Under the pieces are notes generated by a model. It was not told the origin of the DNA and made no database searches. It saw only the letters and a list, made by a program, of their open reading frames with translations. The translations under genes and the position numbers were made by a program. DNA of 62,966 nt, the filler included, from Salisapilia sapeloensis CBS 127946 (lineage: Eukaryota; Protista; Oomycota): the NCBI GenBank assembly GCA_023334545.1. It is 9 parts of 9 records of this genome, joined end to end, with 100 filler letters (N's around TTAATTAATTAA, not from the genome) between each part and the next. Parts side by side here need not be neighbours in the genome. Positions count along the whole stretch, not along the records: positions 1 to 11,410 come from JAADVB010000431.1; positions 11,511 to 16,356 come from JAADVB010000649.1; 7 more parts are not named here. One strand, 5' to 3'. Of the stretch, positions 1-11,859 are shown piece by piece. Numbering within the stretch: position 1 is the stretch's first letter; every line of letters begins with the position of its first letter.

Positions 1-522
1 GGGAGCCGGGGCATTGTTTCCGGGACAAAAGTAAAGGTCAAAGTCCGTACCCTGGGAGCACGTGTGGGTCTTCGTATCGTCCTTAGGAAACTGGTACGCG
101 TCATCACAGCCATCAAACATGCACGTGAGGGTCTTGCAACGGTGACCATCTTCCGTCGATGGCACGATCTGCATGGGCTTGTTGAAGCCGACACCTCCGG
201 TCAAATCTTTGCAGGCTTGGAGACTGTCGCAATACTCAGGGCCGGACTTGGGGCCAGTCGGGATCGTACTAATGTCTACCCAAGCTTTGCCTCCTGCCAT
301 CGTGAACTCGGCCAGTGTCGCCTGCGGGTTCTCTCCCCACCGGAAGCACTGTGCGCCACTGTTCACTTGCTGTTCAGACTGGCCACCGGACGGGATGGTC
401 GTCTGCTCCATTGATGGCGTGCGGTACAGCGTCATCTCTTCATCGCACTTGTTGTGGACGGTCACTTTGAACCCAGAGGCGAGGCCGGCGAGGGCCGCGA
501 CAAGGCAGAGTTGAACTTTCAT
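1..522 (-). CDS. Secreted thaumatin-like (OPEL-like N-terminal domain) protein, 3' part outside window
   Basis: Not in the ORF track because it runs off the window edge. My translation from ATG 522: MKVQLCLVAALAGLASG (signal peptide) FKVTVHNKCDEE...TLAEFTMAGGKAWVDISTIP...GFNKPMQIVP...CKTLTCMFDGCDDAYQFPKDDTKTHTCSQGTDFDLYFCPGNNAPAP. The NxC start, the DAYxFPxDD motif and the terminal FCP are thaumatin-like. Confidence 0.8.
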   Translation of the reverse strand, partial: MKVQLCLVAALAGLASGFKVTVHNKCDEEMTLYRTPSMEQTTIPSGGQSEQQVNSGAQCFRWGENPQATLAEFTMAGGKAWVDISTIPTGPKSGPEYCDSLQACKDLTGGVGFNKPMQIVPSTEDGHRCKTLTCMFDGCDDAYQFPKDDTKTHTCSQGTDFDLYFCPGNNAPAP

Positions 523-1250
523 GGTAATCTAACGGGAGGGAGGGCGATGTCTCTCGGCGGTCAGAGTAGGAAATGAAGGGCGGAAGCGCAGCATAGGCGT
601 TCGAGTCGGAGCGTAGCATCGTTACCTCACTTGCGATTCGTATGCGGGAAGGAACTGCGAGTCCCTTCTCTTTACCGTTGCAATGTGACGACACGAAAGA
701 CAGCTTTTCATGCTGCAGTTTGTATGGACCTCCTATCTGTTGCCTCAATCAACGGCGTGAGTGCTTTTCACCTCACCTAGAAGCGTGTCTATCGAGGTTC
801 ACCTCTGTCCTGTCGTCACAAAGGTTCAACCCTGGAGCATACTTGAGCGTGGCATCTACTAAATGTTCAACTCTCGTCGGTTTCGGCACGAAATGACACG
901 GAAACCGCTTGGCACTTGACATGCGTGCGCAAGCGGATAGGAAACCGATAGACTGCGAAGGATAGAAAAGATCGATCTGTCAGCATACATGCAAATCAAG
1001 ATTGCTTTCTACTGGCTTGAATAGAGATTGTAATACGCCCACATGACGTGGATCAGACTGACGTATCCATCTTTGGATGTATCGATTAAGTCAACCTATA
1101 TCGCAGCGTCACCCTTCCTGCATCGAACATGTCTACACATTAATTCAACACTTAAGGTTCTACACGTGCTCATGTTACTTTGGTATTCCTACTGCCAACA
1201 AGCTTTGTTTCCCTATCTCCTACGCTTAGGCCTAGTGCCCCGATGATCGC

Positions 1251-4200
1251 TCATGCGCCTGGCAGGTCGTAAAAGTTGCTCAACACACTGCGTTGGCTTT
1301 CTTTCGTCTCTTTCTCTAAAAGTGATCTAGCCGTTTCTTGTAGCGTTTTATGCACTTCTGGCGCAGTCGGCCGATCCTCGATCCGTGGTGCCAGGCACCG
1401 TAAGACCATATCTCCGATCGCCATCGGACACTGGGACGACATACGTACCGACTGGTAGAAACTGCTGCTCTCTCTCATGGAAACCTGTGGCAGCGTTGCG
1501 TGCGAGTCCAGTTCATACAAAATCACGCCCAAAGCATACACGTCACTCTCTCTTCCCGACGTAGACCAGAATGACGATAACGCTCGACCCTCCCGATTTG
1601 CACTCAGTGGCAAGGACGGCAAGTCGTCCAAACTCGGAATAGCAGACGACGGCTCCGACGATAGGAACGACGGACTCGTCTCCAACCTGGCTGATGCAAA
1701 ACCAGTGACCTTTGCTCGCATGCTCGACGTAATCAACACCTTTTGTGAAGTAAGTGCACCGTGGATCACTGGAGGGTCCAAGCGATGAAGATACGCCAAA
1801 GCTTCAGAGATGTCCTGTGCTACTTGCAGAGCAAACCCATACGCACTCCATCGGTCTGTATCTGGCGCGGCACGTGCATTTAGTAGCGATCTTAGGTCCC
1901 CTTTGGATGCCCACTCCATCGCAGAGTACATGTCCACTGCATTGCTCGGGTCGTATGCGATGCCGATGCAAGAGATGATGCAAGGATGCTTGAGTCTAGC
2001 TAGCATATGCAGCTCATGCGTGAACCTACGAATCCTCTGACTACCATTCGGGACGTTCGACCGTAGCCGCTTGATAGCGGCACGCTGACCAATGTACTTG
2101 CCTCGGTACACGGAGGTTGTACGACCTTTGGCGACTGGACTACCTTTCATCGTGATCGTTTCGAAAGGCACTACGAGCTGCCTGCACTCTGTATCTCGCC
2201 ACATTGCCTCCAGTTTCTCCATTTGCTCCGTCTTCAGCGTGACTGGTGGAGGCAGCGTTTTCATCGTGTTATCACTGTAACAACTTTCCTCCCATTCACC
2301 AGACTCATCGTACTCTGGTAAGAGCTCCGTATCCTGGCTGCGTTTCCGACGACGTTGCTTATAAAAGACAACAACAACTAGCACAAGTATGATGACTCCT
2401 ATCGTCCCTGCCACTGCAGCGTAGACAGTTGAGGAAGAGTCCTCGCCACAATCGTCATCGTTCATGGCAGGCCCAATGAGGTCTCCGCCCAGTTCACTCT
2501 TGCTACGGATGCACACCTTGTAGTTGAAAGGCAGTGTACGTGGCTTATCACATGAAGAGGAATCCAGGGCCTGAGGGTTCAAGTACAGTGCATTTAGCGA
2601 CGATAAAAAGTCAGCCTCGTTGTTCGTCAGGCGGACGGCTGACGTGAAAGGGTTGTTGCGCAGGTCTAGCTTGCTCAGGTTTCCGAGTTGGAATACCTCA
2701 GGTGGGATCTTGTCGAATGCGTTGTGGCTCATGTTTAAAAACTTTAGTGTCGAAGCAACTTCCGTGAAGGCAGCATGAAGTGACTTGATCGCGTTCCTGC
2801 TCACATCGAGATGAGTCAACGGCATGTTATTGAGTTGAGGTAGCGTCTTGATACTGCAGTTGCTCGCTTCGAGCACCTCCAGCGTCTTTGAGGTGGCAAT
2901 CGGAGAGAGACTTGCGATCGGATTGAACGAAACTTCCAACTGCCGGACTTTAGCCATATCCGGTGTCAGTTCCGACAGCCCATTGTTGGTAATTGCCAGC
3001 ACTTCCAGGCTCTTTGGTAGGTTAAATTCCGACAAGGACGTGATCTCATTGTCGTGAGCACGTAAATCTTGTAGTTTGTCCATCTTAGAAACTACTTTCG
3101 GCAGGCTGGATACGTCAGTACTGGAAATATCCAACAAACGTAGGTTGGGAGGCAGAATCTCGCTCGTGCCGATCCAATTGTGCGATGCGTCGAGCTCCTC
3201 AATGTCTTGGAGGGTTTCCCAAGACGAAAAGTTTAAATAGCACCTGGAAATATTCAGTTTGCGAATAGAAGGTGGTAAGTTGTCCGCCACGAGGTCGCTA
3301 AGCGCGTTACCAGCAACTGAAAGTGCCTCTAGTTTTTCTAACTGAGAAAAATCTGGCAGTTGAGAGATTTCAGCGTCACTTATCGAGAGACTCTCAAGAG
3401 ATAGAGGAAAGTCAGATCCTTCTGTCGTACTAAGCGAGTTGCTGCTGATATCCAATTCCTTCAGAAGGGTCATTCTACGAATCCTAGTTGGAACTTGGTG
3501 TAGATTGCAATTTGAAAGTTCGATCGACCGTGCATTTGGTAGATCCAGTGATTCTTCATCCAGTAGGTTTTGGTTCAGAGCTAGAGTTTCTAGCTCTGAA
3601 GGAAGATTGCGTAGAAGCTGCCTCATATTGGTGTTCACGAGACGTAGCTTTAATAGATTCGAACCGTCCGTCATCTCCTTCCACCCGGATAAATCCACGT
3701 TTACCAGCTCGAGTTTTTCAAGCGATCCAAACTGGGAGATCAATCCGTCTCCAATACCAATATGAATAGAATTTCCGTCCATCGGACCGATGACCGCACT
3801 GTAATACAAAAAGTTAGCACTTTCAATCGTTCCTCGAAAGCTATGACGAAATGCTTACAATGAATTTAAGTCGTCTGGTAGTTGCATGCTTTCAAAGTCA
3901 TCGATACTTCCTGACGTTATAAACGAAGAGCCTGACTCCTTTTGCGTGTCGATCATGACTGCTGGAGAGTCATTGATCCTTTCCTGCCATTCAATCCGCC
4001 ACGAAGATGTTCCGTGTACCGGGACACACTCGTAGGTACATGATTTGCCTTCTATACAAGTCTTCCTGTCTTCCCATCCACAGCTCTTAAGCTCATCACG
4101 ATAGACACAGAGAGAAGTTCTTGCATTGGATTGGTCATGCTGACAAACGTCATTACAAGACGTTGATATGGCATTCGGGACGGGTTGCCAAGCGTTCGAA

Positions 4201-4322
4201 ATGCCAGCGATACTCTCACCGGTGCAAATAGCATCGGCCGATATGACGTCAATGTCTTGACTATTGGAAAGAGGTAAACTGCCGTAGAGCAGCGTTGCTC
4301 CAAGGATCACAAGAGGTGTCAT
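1251..4322 (-). CDS. LRR receptor-like kinase (pseudokinase), 2 exons: 4322-3859 and 3798-1251, about 1003 aa
   Basis: Signal peptide MTPLVILGATLLYGSLPLSNS, Cys-rich N-region, many LxxLxLxxN repeats, TM helix VYAAVAGTIGVIILVLVVVVFY followed by KQRRRK, then a kinase fold. The 60-nt intron 3858-3799 (GTAAGC...GCTAAC...TACAG) joins ORFs 3855..4448 and 1251..3809 in frame. Confidence 0.9.
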
Positions 4323-6143
4323 GTTTGAACTCTTCCAGCAATTTGAGAACTTGCCTAATTGTTTTCCCACTCTGCCGCTGATTGCACATTCCCTGCCAAG
4401 GCCATTGTCAATTGAATCAAAAGCGTGATAGCGAAGGTTCAACTCCACAAACTCATCGAAGGTATGTACTTCCCAGCCACGTATTCATGTGGCAGCTGGG
4501 AACCTTCTGACATGGATATGTATCGTGAGTATGTGTTTAAATCAAGTAAAGTGCAGTCTATGAAAGTTGAAGACGACACAAGCAGCGAAAGTGATACCGC
4601 TAATTTTTTAAAGGTTGACACAGGACAAATGCTGGCGTTGCGGTGCTTGGCGTCTATGCTCTTCCTGGGATATTTATTCATCAGCTATAATGACAAGGTG
4701 ACAACTTTAGACGTCTACCAGTCAATTATCAGATTTTGCAATGAATGACTTTTTCATTCAGTTGATCGAGTAATCGACAAAATGTGAGTACCTAAGCAAA
4801 CTTCTGACAGAATACGAAGTTCTCGACATGATGTGAGTACGACATCTTTATGTAAAGAGTACGCATCTAGGCACGCAAGGAAAACATTTTAACTCCTGTT
4901 TTGCTCGTGAGCCCCAGTAGATGCGCTTACCAGTCATGAAGCACGTACTCACATTGGTTCTCCTATTCCACTTTTTGTCGGAAGTTTGCTTATAAGCTCA
5001 CATTTTGTCGATTTCGATTAGCTGATCTTCATCACAGCCTAGTAGCGCTGACGTAGAAAAACATCACTGGTAATTAGTCTGGACACGGTTAACCTATAAT
5101 TAGATCGTGGTCACCTCATGACGTCTCCCGGACCGACTATTAATCGGAAGACGTGCAAACTAACTTTCGATCTTATGAAAAGATATGCAGAAAAGGATGA
5201 ATTGACCGATCTTTACGAAAAAATCAAGTTCTGATAGATACAATTTCGTGCGATCGAAGGATCAAAGACTTAGCACTGTATGTTAATGAATCACCAGTGT
5301 TAAATTATTAGTCTCAGCGTAGTCACACTAAGAAAGCAACCGTTTACATCTTTGTCCTCTTGATGGATACTGGTTCAACTAAACAAGCTCAAGTGCATAC
5401 ACGAATATAACTCATTGCATTTATCCCCCAAATTGCATGACAAAAATGTGCTTGAACCTCATAGCTTTCATATTTCAATCCTTCGTGAGCAATTTGACGC
5501 CTAAAAGAAGCTGTGTAAAATGCATATCTACACGGCGGATCCACGGTAGCAACGTGAATTTCGAGCACAGGTATTTGCAATGCCATGGGTCTAGTTTTGA
5601 CCTTCAGTTATGGGAGTTTATCGTGTGGCTAGTTCGGGCTAATCATTGGATGTAGCTAGATATGCTTTTCCAGCGAGTAATTTGAGCATGTAAAAAGTCA
5701 AAATGATGATTTACAATAGTCGTGCCCACTTGAGATCTCACAGAACAACATTTGCAGATAGAGAGTTTCTCGCATTACTGGTGAAGAAAGTGAATAGCCC
5801 GCTGTACAAGATTTTAATATGAATAAGTTACTATCGTGAATTGTGGGCATATAGAGTAAATTGCTATAAGCTCGAGGTTACCACTCTATTTATAAGAACA
5901 CGCAGACATGGAAAGCATGCCACTCACCCATAATAGTATGAATGAGCTTGGATGCCAATACTCCTTTACTCTGGTGCCTATCACATTAGATGTGAGCTGG
6001 TGTCCAGATCCTCGTGGGCGACGGGTGTCGAGTTAGCCGAACGGGAGAGCTGGAGCGCGAGTGTGGATCGAGGTGGATTGGTGGGGCATTCCTACAGTGC
6101 AAGGTCAGGAAAAGAAAGAGGTGGACTAGAAAAAAGAGAGCTT

Positions 6144-7533
6144 CTACCGGATCGACGCAGACATTGGGCGGTCTCGGGCTTTCACGTCGCTCGGGTCAAA
6201 GTCGTAGACATCAATGATGCGGATCGCAGCGTCTGCGCCAGCGACGACCAGTTTGTTCGCGTCGGGAGAAAAGTCGAGCGAGAAGACGCCGCGAGTCAGC
6301 CCAGCCACGGTCCCGATCAGCTAGTGGACAAACGGTCATCAATCGACTGCACCATGATGCACAATGGATAGTAGAGACGTACACGGTCGCTCTTCGAGTG
6401 GTTGAACACTTTGGCTTCGTTGGTCCCGCTGCCTCCCGCCGCGATCAGCTCCTCTTCGCCCGACTTGCTGAACTGAGCCGAGTAGAGGAAGCACGACTCG
6501 GCTTTGATCGAGCTCTGCGTCCACGGCACGACGGACAATCGATCGCCCGTGCCAAAATCCCAGATCTATCTCACTCGTGAGCTACTGTGAAAAACACCCA
6601 CGACAAGCAGTGCACCTCGAGAGGGTTCTCAGCTCGCCAAGAGCCTGTCAGAATCTGGTTCTTGTCGTTGATGTCGACAGCGTCGCCGGCGATGTGCGGA
6701 CCGTAGATGCCTCGGACGGACTGGCCGAGACGCAAGTCCCATATCTGGAGCGTATTATCCCATCCGCCGGAGATTAAGATGTTCTCGTCCTGCGGGTGGA
6801 ACTTGACCGAGAAGACGCGGTTCGAGTGTCCTCCCGTCAGCGTCCCCACTCTATGCGTCAGGTGAGAGAGTATACAAGCGACGGAGAATGGAAAGAGGTA
6901 CCCGCCACTCAGACAGCTCACTTCAGCTTTGGTCGCTTCGTCATACACTCGGACCTGTCAGAAGACAAGCGTCAGGTTACTGATAGCATACCATACCCGA
7001 AAAACAGACTCACAGCATAGTCCTTGCCGGCCGTGGCGAACATGGCTCCGTCGAAGCGATAGTCCAACGCATAGAGCTGGTTCCGACTGTCCTCGATCGA
7101 GTTCAGGCACTTCTGCGACGTCAGATGCCAGTGGTCGACGGATCCGCCCGAGTCTATCTGCCAAGTTACCACACGAATACTTTTCTTTCAGCTACTACTA
7201 CTCACTCGTAGCGAGGAGCACATTCTTCGTCCTCGAGCTGCTGGACGTCGGACGGAAGCGGATTCCGGTGCACGGCATGCCGAACCCCCACGAATGGGTC
7301 TGGTTCACCAATGTGTAGGCCAGCCGGCCGTCATGGACGTTGAATACCCGAATGGCTCCGTCGCCGCATCCCGTCGCAAGGTACCGACCGTCAGGCGAGA
7401 ACCGAGTGCAGAAGACCTCTGCGGCGCAGTCGCTGCAGTGGCAAAGGTGTCAGTGCAAGAGGTGTACACACGAGTGCTTTGTCTACCTGATCGTGACGTT
7501 CGGAGCGAGACGCTTGTTCTTGCCCTCTTCCAT
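6144..7533 (-). CDS. WD40-repeat protein, multi-exon
   Basis: Splicing at GT-AG sites joins several track ORFs: MEEGKNKRLAPNVTIS/DCAAEVFCTRFSPDGRYLATGCGDGAIRVFN...GHSNRVFSVKFHPQDENILISGGWDNTLQIWDLR...GVFSLDFSPDANKLVVAGADAAIRIIDV...SASIR*. The WD repeats are canonical. Confidence 0.85.
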
Positions 7534-8000
7534 GACCTCGGTGTATGCTGTGTGGTGCAAAGTGCGTCTGGGCTATACGTAGTAGTCGACGGAGAGGACG
7601 AAGGAAAGCAATGCTGGCTGAGGTCCGAGTCTCCGAACAGTCGTACCAAGTGTCCGTTGAAACGCTGGTCGACTCCAGGCATGGGTGTCTAAATTTGTAT
7701 TCCGATCTCCGTACTGGCACAGCCTGGTCGAGAAGCTTATTCCGGACATTGGTTCGCGAGCGAGTCGTGCGATGCATAAAGAGAAATGTATTTGATGTTT
7801 ACTGTGACTGATATGGACGGCTACTGAGTGGGAGGTACTCGCTGCTCCTGCTATCAGATCTCAGTCTTCTTATGAAGGAAACGCACAGACCGAGCTCAAT
7901 GACAGCTCTGGCCAACGCTAGGACCGCTTGGTCGTCGGATAGTCTGCACCACTATGATTTGCCAGACTCCCTTTGCCCCGACGATCTCTTGTTGCACGGG

Positions 8001-8760
8001 TCAATATTGCACCCCTAGCTTGACGTACGCAGATGCTCTCTTGCGGAGCATAGGAGGCACAGGCAGAATTTCCTCGATCTCATAGTTCTGCAGCGAGTAT
8101 ACCTTCCTGTCTTCGGAGACCGCTCCGCCAGCCACCTCGACCATGCCTCGGACTTGGCCAACGTACGCGACGGTGCAATCGCCTACCTGATGCCCCTTCA
8201 AGCCTAGTGTAACTCGCTCCAGAATCCTTCTTTCGAAGGCGGGCTCCACTGGAACCGTCTTGTTGATGGCTTCGGGCAGACGAAAGGCTCCTCTATTGAC
8301 GACTTGGATGTCTTCACCCTCACAGCTGCCACTTGCGTTCATGTGAATGCCGGTACCGCCTACTGACTCCGCTTCGAGACATTCAATGACGGCTGCATCA
8401 TCGCAGGCGACCGCAATATCCCCGAGCCTTTCGACTCTAGTAGCAGGTCGCGAGCTACCACGCGATCAGCGTAGATGGAGATTGCTCCGCTACCTGTGAA
8501 ACATAGCTTCATCGTGCCATCATCCACGTCAAGCACGAGAGTGATGATAACAATACACTCGCTTCCGATAACACGCACGAAGAGAGATTAGGAAGTCAGC
8601 TTTCTCGTCTAGTACAGCTGAATACTGTTGCTTCACACAGTCGTGACATTGACTCCCAGATCGCTCGCGTTGGGCGCCATGCCAAACAACAAACTGCTTC
8701 CAATCTAAAGCATCCGGCCATAGTGCCTGGTGTGGACGTCGGTGAGAGCGTGGTCGGCAA
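8001..8760 (-). pseudogene. Degenerate GIN/DUF2807-domain paralog
   Basis: The translation SLFVRVIGSEC...LCFTGSGAISIYADRVVARDLLLESKGSG/DIAVACDDAAVIECLEAESVGGTGIHMNASGSCEGEDIQVV aligns colinearly with the intact gene at 10135 (LDVVVSGSAD...LNTSGNADVSVFAEKMSVSTLRIQSSGAADTVV...LLTSGRCARESIRV). It has a frameshift at the C4 run 8420-8423 and in-frame stops just upstream of 8578. The 5' limit is approximate. Confidence 0.7.
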
Positions 8761-10134
8761 TCGCATCAATCTCTTCTATGGTGTCATGTGAGCCATTATA
8801 CTACTTAAGAGATATGCTCGACGTTCACGAGTATTATGTATGACTCTTTAGGGTGTACACCTGCAGGAGCTGCTCCGAGTTTATGGAAGGATGCACTTAT
8901 GCAGCAACATCTTGTAGGATAGATGTCGTGTAAGGTGAAGACGAATACAGCGGCAGTGACTCCGAATCACTGGAGAAAGTCACTACGGTACACGAAGACT
9001 TTACTGGAAAGAGCCTCTAACCCGATCGAGCATCCGTGGTGGAGGTCACGGGCGACGAGATCTAGAGAGGCGCCGCTGCCTCCAAGATCTGCCCGATAGT
9101 GGCAACGAAGCGATTCACATCTATCAATCCTTCGGAGATACACATGAACTACATCGGTTTAACGCAGTCCGAAGAACCAGGAGATCGTCGTGCACCATCA
9201 CGGCAGACAGATGAAGACTCCCACTCTACGTTCGCACTGCTCTTGGACCACGCCCAGAGACGAGATTCGGCAGACGCTAAGCCATCGCATGCTAGGACGG
9301 AGGATACGAAACTGGCGTGCGCATGTATTATTTTTCGAGATCACCAGTCACTTGTTGAGGCCCAAGTTGAAACGTTACCGAACAAGAATCTATCGTTCCG
9401 AGAGCGCGATGGCGCGATGGATCCATTAACACAGATATGGACATCGCAGATGAGTAAGCGTGAGCGAAGGTGAAGGCGTACAAGTGATCGAAGTTCCAGT
9501 CTTTTCATTGATTCAGGCAGCGTCTCCTGCTGAATCCGGTCGCCACCGACGAAACTGAAGCTTGCGGTCTTCGTAGGTAAAAAGAAAGTGAATTGAAATG
9601 AATACCTTCCTACTCTGCTTGTGTCTCTGCTTGTCTTCTTTCCTGCATATCCTGGTGTCAGTCGGGAGCTTCAACGTAGTTAGTCTACTCCAGGATCCCA
9701 GTCAAGTCAGCTACAGTCAAGTCATAGGAAGTAGAACGAGAGGTCTGGAGAGTTCGGCCCAACTGTCACAGTCACGAACTTCCAGCTTACCATGGATAAA
9801 CTGCCATGGGCTTCCTGGTCGTGGTAACCCAGGAGTCAGAACAACTAGCAAAAGACATCTGAGTAGTCGGGCGCGGTAGCTAGTTAGCTCACATTGGCCT
9901 TTCAACCTTTCAAAGAAGTTTTTCATCACCTAGTTATATTTCATGCCTATCCTTACGACTAGCTACCGGCACCTGCGGGAAGCGCATCAAAAGATCGATG
10001 ACAAGCATGCACCTACATTCTGAATGGAAGCCTACGCGAATGTTTGCGGAAGCGTCACGGCGGGATGCTCCCTGTGTGCAGATCAAGTTACTTTCCAAGC
10101 TGCGCCCGATCCTCCACACTGATAGCCCAGCGCC

Positions 10135-11410
10135 ATGTACGTGACTCTCGTCTCGCTCCTCCTGATAATGTGCTCGACGACAGCATCCGCGTCTCGGATT
10201 GAGTCGGAGAAGACCGCTTCGTCCGTCGAGCACGCGGCCTTCGCCAAGACTTTTAGTATCCGCGACATTCCCCATCTCTACGGCTTGGATGTAGGAAGCC
10301 TCCTGACTGCCTACGTGACGTATGACCCGGACATGTCGGATGACGCAGCGGCCAAGCTACGGTTCTCCAGCGACTCGGCGATGCTCCTGGACGCTTTCAC
10401 AGTCACCAGCGTCTCCGATGAGCGTCCTAGCGTCCGGGTGTCGGAGAAGCCGCAGTCGGAGCTCCGGAAGCTGGCGGACGATCGCGATGAGATCAAAGGA
10501 CGCCTCTTGCTTGAAGTCTTCCTCCGCGATCCACACCACTTGGTCGACGTCCGAGCTTCCGGGGCTGCCTCCGTCTACGTCGACAGAGATGTGATCGGGA
10601 CAAAGGGTACGGCCGAGAGCGTGTATCTGCATTCGAGCGGATCGGGGGATCTTCTTGTGCGAGAGTCGGACCCGATCGAGCTGAAGGAGCTGGATGTGGT
10701 GGTGAGCGGCAGTGCTGACGTCCAGCTGGAGGCACCTGGCATGACTGTCGAGAGAGCGCTGCGATTGAATACCAGTGGCAACGCAGACGTGTCCGTCTTT
10801 GCAGAGAAAATGAGTGTCTCGACGCTGCGGATCCAGAGCTCTGGGGCGGCTGACACGGTCGTGCAGAGCCAAGACCTGGTCACAGAGGAACTGGACGTGA
10901 AGGTCTCTGGGTCGAGCGATGTCACTCTGCTGACGAGCGGAAGGTGCGCGCGTGAAAGCATTCGTGTCAGCGGCACGGGCGATGTCAAGACGCAGGCGAT
11001 CGAGTGCGAGAGCGCCAACGTGGCTGTCGGCGGAATAGCGAGTGTGTCCGTGCAAGTGTCCGGTACGCTGGAGGTGTCCATTTCTGGAATGAGCGACATC
11101 TACTACGAGAAGCAGACGCCAGAGACGATCATCGACCACTCCTCCAAGTCTCTCCTTGGTTCTTCGTCGGCGCAGTACAAAGAGTACTCTGGCGTAGACA
11201 TGGTGAGTTCGAAGCCGTGGCCGGAAAAGGATGCCCGCTATGTGAGCGTCCACGTCGACAGGAGTTGGATGTGGCGCGTGCCCTCTATGAGCAGCCAGGT
11301 CAAGCACGAAGACGATAGCGGCTTCTCTGTCGCCGTATACTCCTACGCACTGGGATTCGTCGCCGTCGCAGCTGCATGCGTACTGCTCGTCAAGATGCTC
11401 ATGTCTGGAC
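10135..11410 (+). CDS. Secreted, C-terminally membrane-anchored GIN/DUF2807 (auto-transporter adhesin head-like) repeat protein; 3' end is on the next contig
   Basis: Signal peptide, repeated (S/T)GS(G/A)D(V/L)xL beta-helix units and a C-terminal TM helix (VYSYALGFVAVAAACVLLVKMLM). The last codons are recoverable from the 141-bp overlap at 16216-16356. Confidence 0.8.
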
Positions 11411-11510
11411 NNNNNNNNNNNNNNNNNNNNNNNNNNNNNNNNNNNNNNNNNNNNTTAATTAATTAANNNNNNNNNNNNNNNNNNNNNNNNNNNNNNNNNN
11501 NNNNNNNNNN
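11411..11510. other. Artificial contig linker (44 N + TTAATTAATTAA + 44 N); also at 16357-16456, 19488-19587, 25698-25797, 34135-34234, 48955-49054, 50454-50553, 60956-61055
   Basis: The same 100-bp structure occurs eight times, and TTAATTAATTAA places stops in all six frames. Confidence 0.98.
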
Positions 11511-11859
11511 TCTTGCAATCGCTTGTGCATCGCCTCCATCGATTGTATTTCGCGAAGTGGTCCCTCAAAGGCAGGTACACGGTCAAAAGCGCCAACAAGC
11601 AGCGTCAAGTGCCCCATATCGACTGTCCACCTTTGTCTGTGATTTCGAGCTGTTCGTGTCGCAGTTTCTTGTCAGGAACGAGCTCAAGTCTCACAATAGT
11701 AGGAATATTTACAGTCGGACCAAAAAAGGATCGCATAAAAAGGCCAGGTTTCCAGGTCATGTGGAGGTGGGAAGATATTTGTATCTAATTTTAGCGTAAC
11801 CTAGTTTGCTGTACTTGCTGCGTTTAAATGTTTTACTACAATGATACTTCTCGAAACGG

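Noticed and set aside
9099-9473. 124-aa ORF between the GIN paralogs, and other short track ORFs in AT-rich stretches (4425-4748, 23844-24146, 51200-51442, 57721-58160, 58541-58759)
   Set aside because: They show no recognisable motif, codon bias or splice support, so I cannot call them genes.
11455-11466. TTAATTAATTAA palindrome repeated eight times
   Set aside because: It always sits at the centre of an identical N-linker, so it is an assembly spacer and not a CRISPR repeat or other biological repeat.
11511-11730. Minus-strand MRSFFGPTVNIP... resembling the Vps26 N-terminus
   Set aside because: Only FFGP matches, and no downstream exon continues the similarity.
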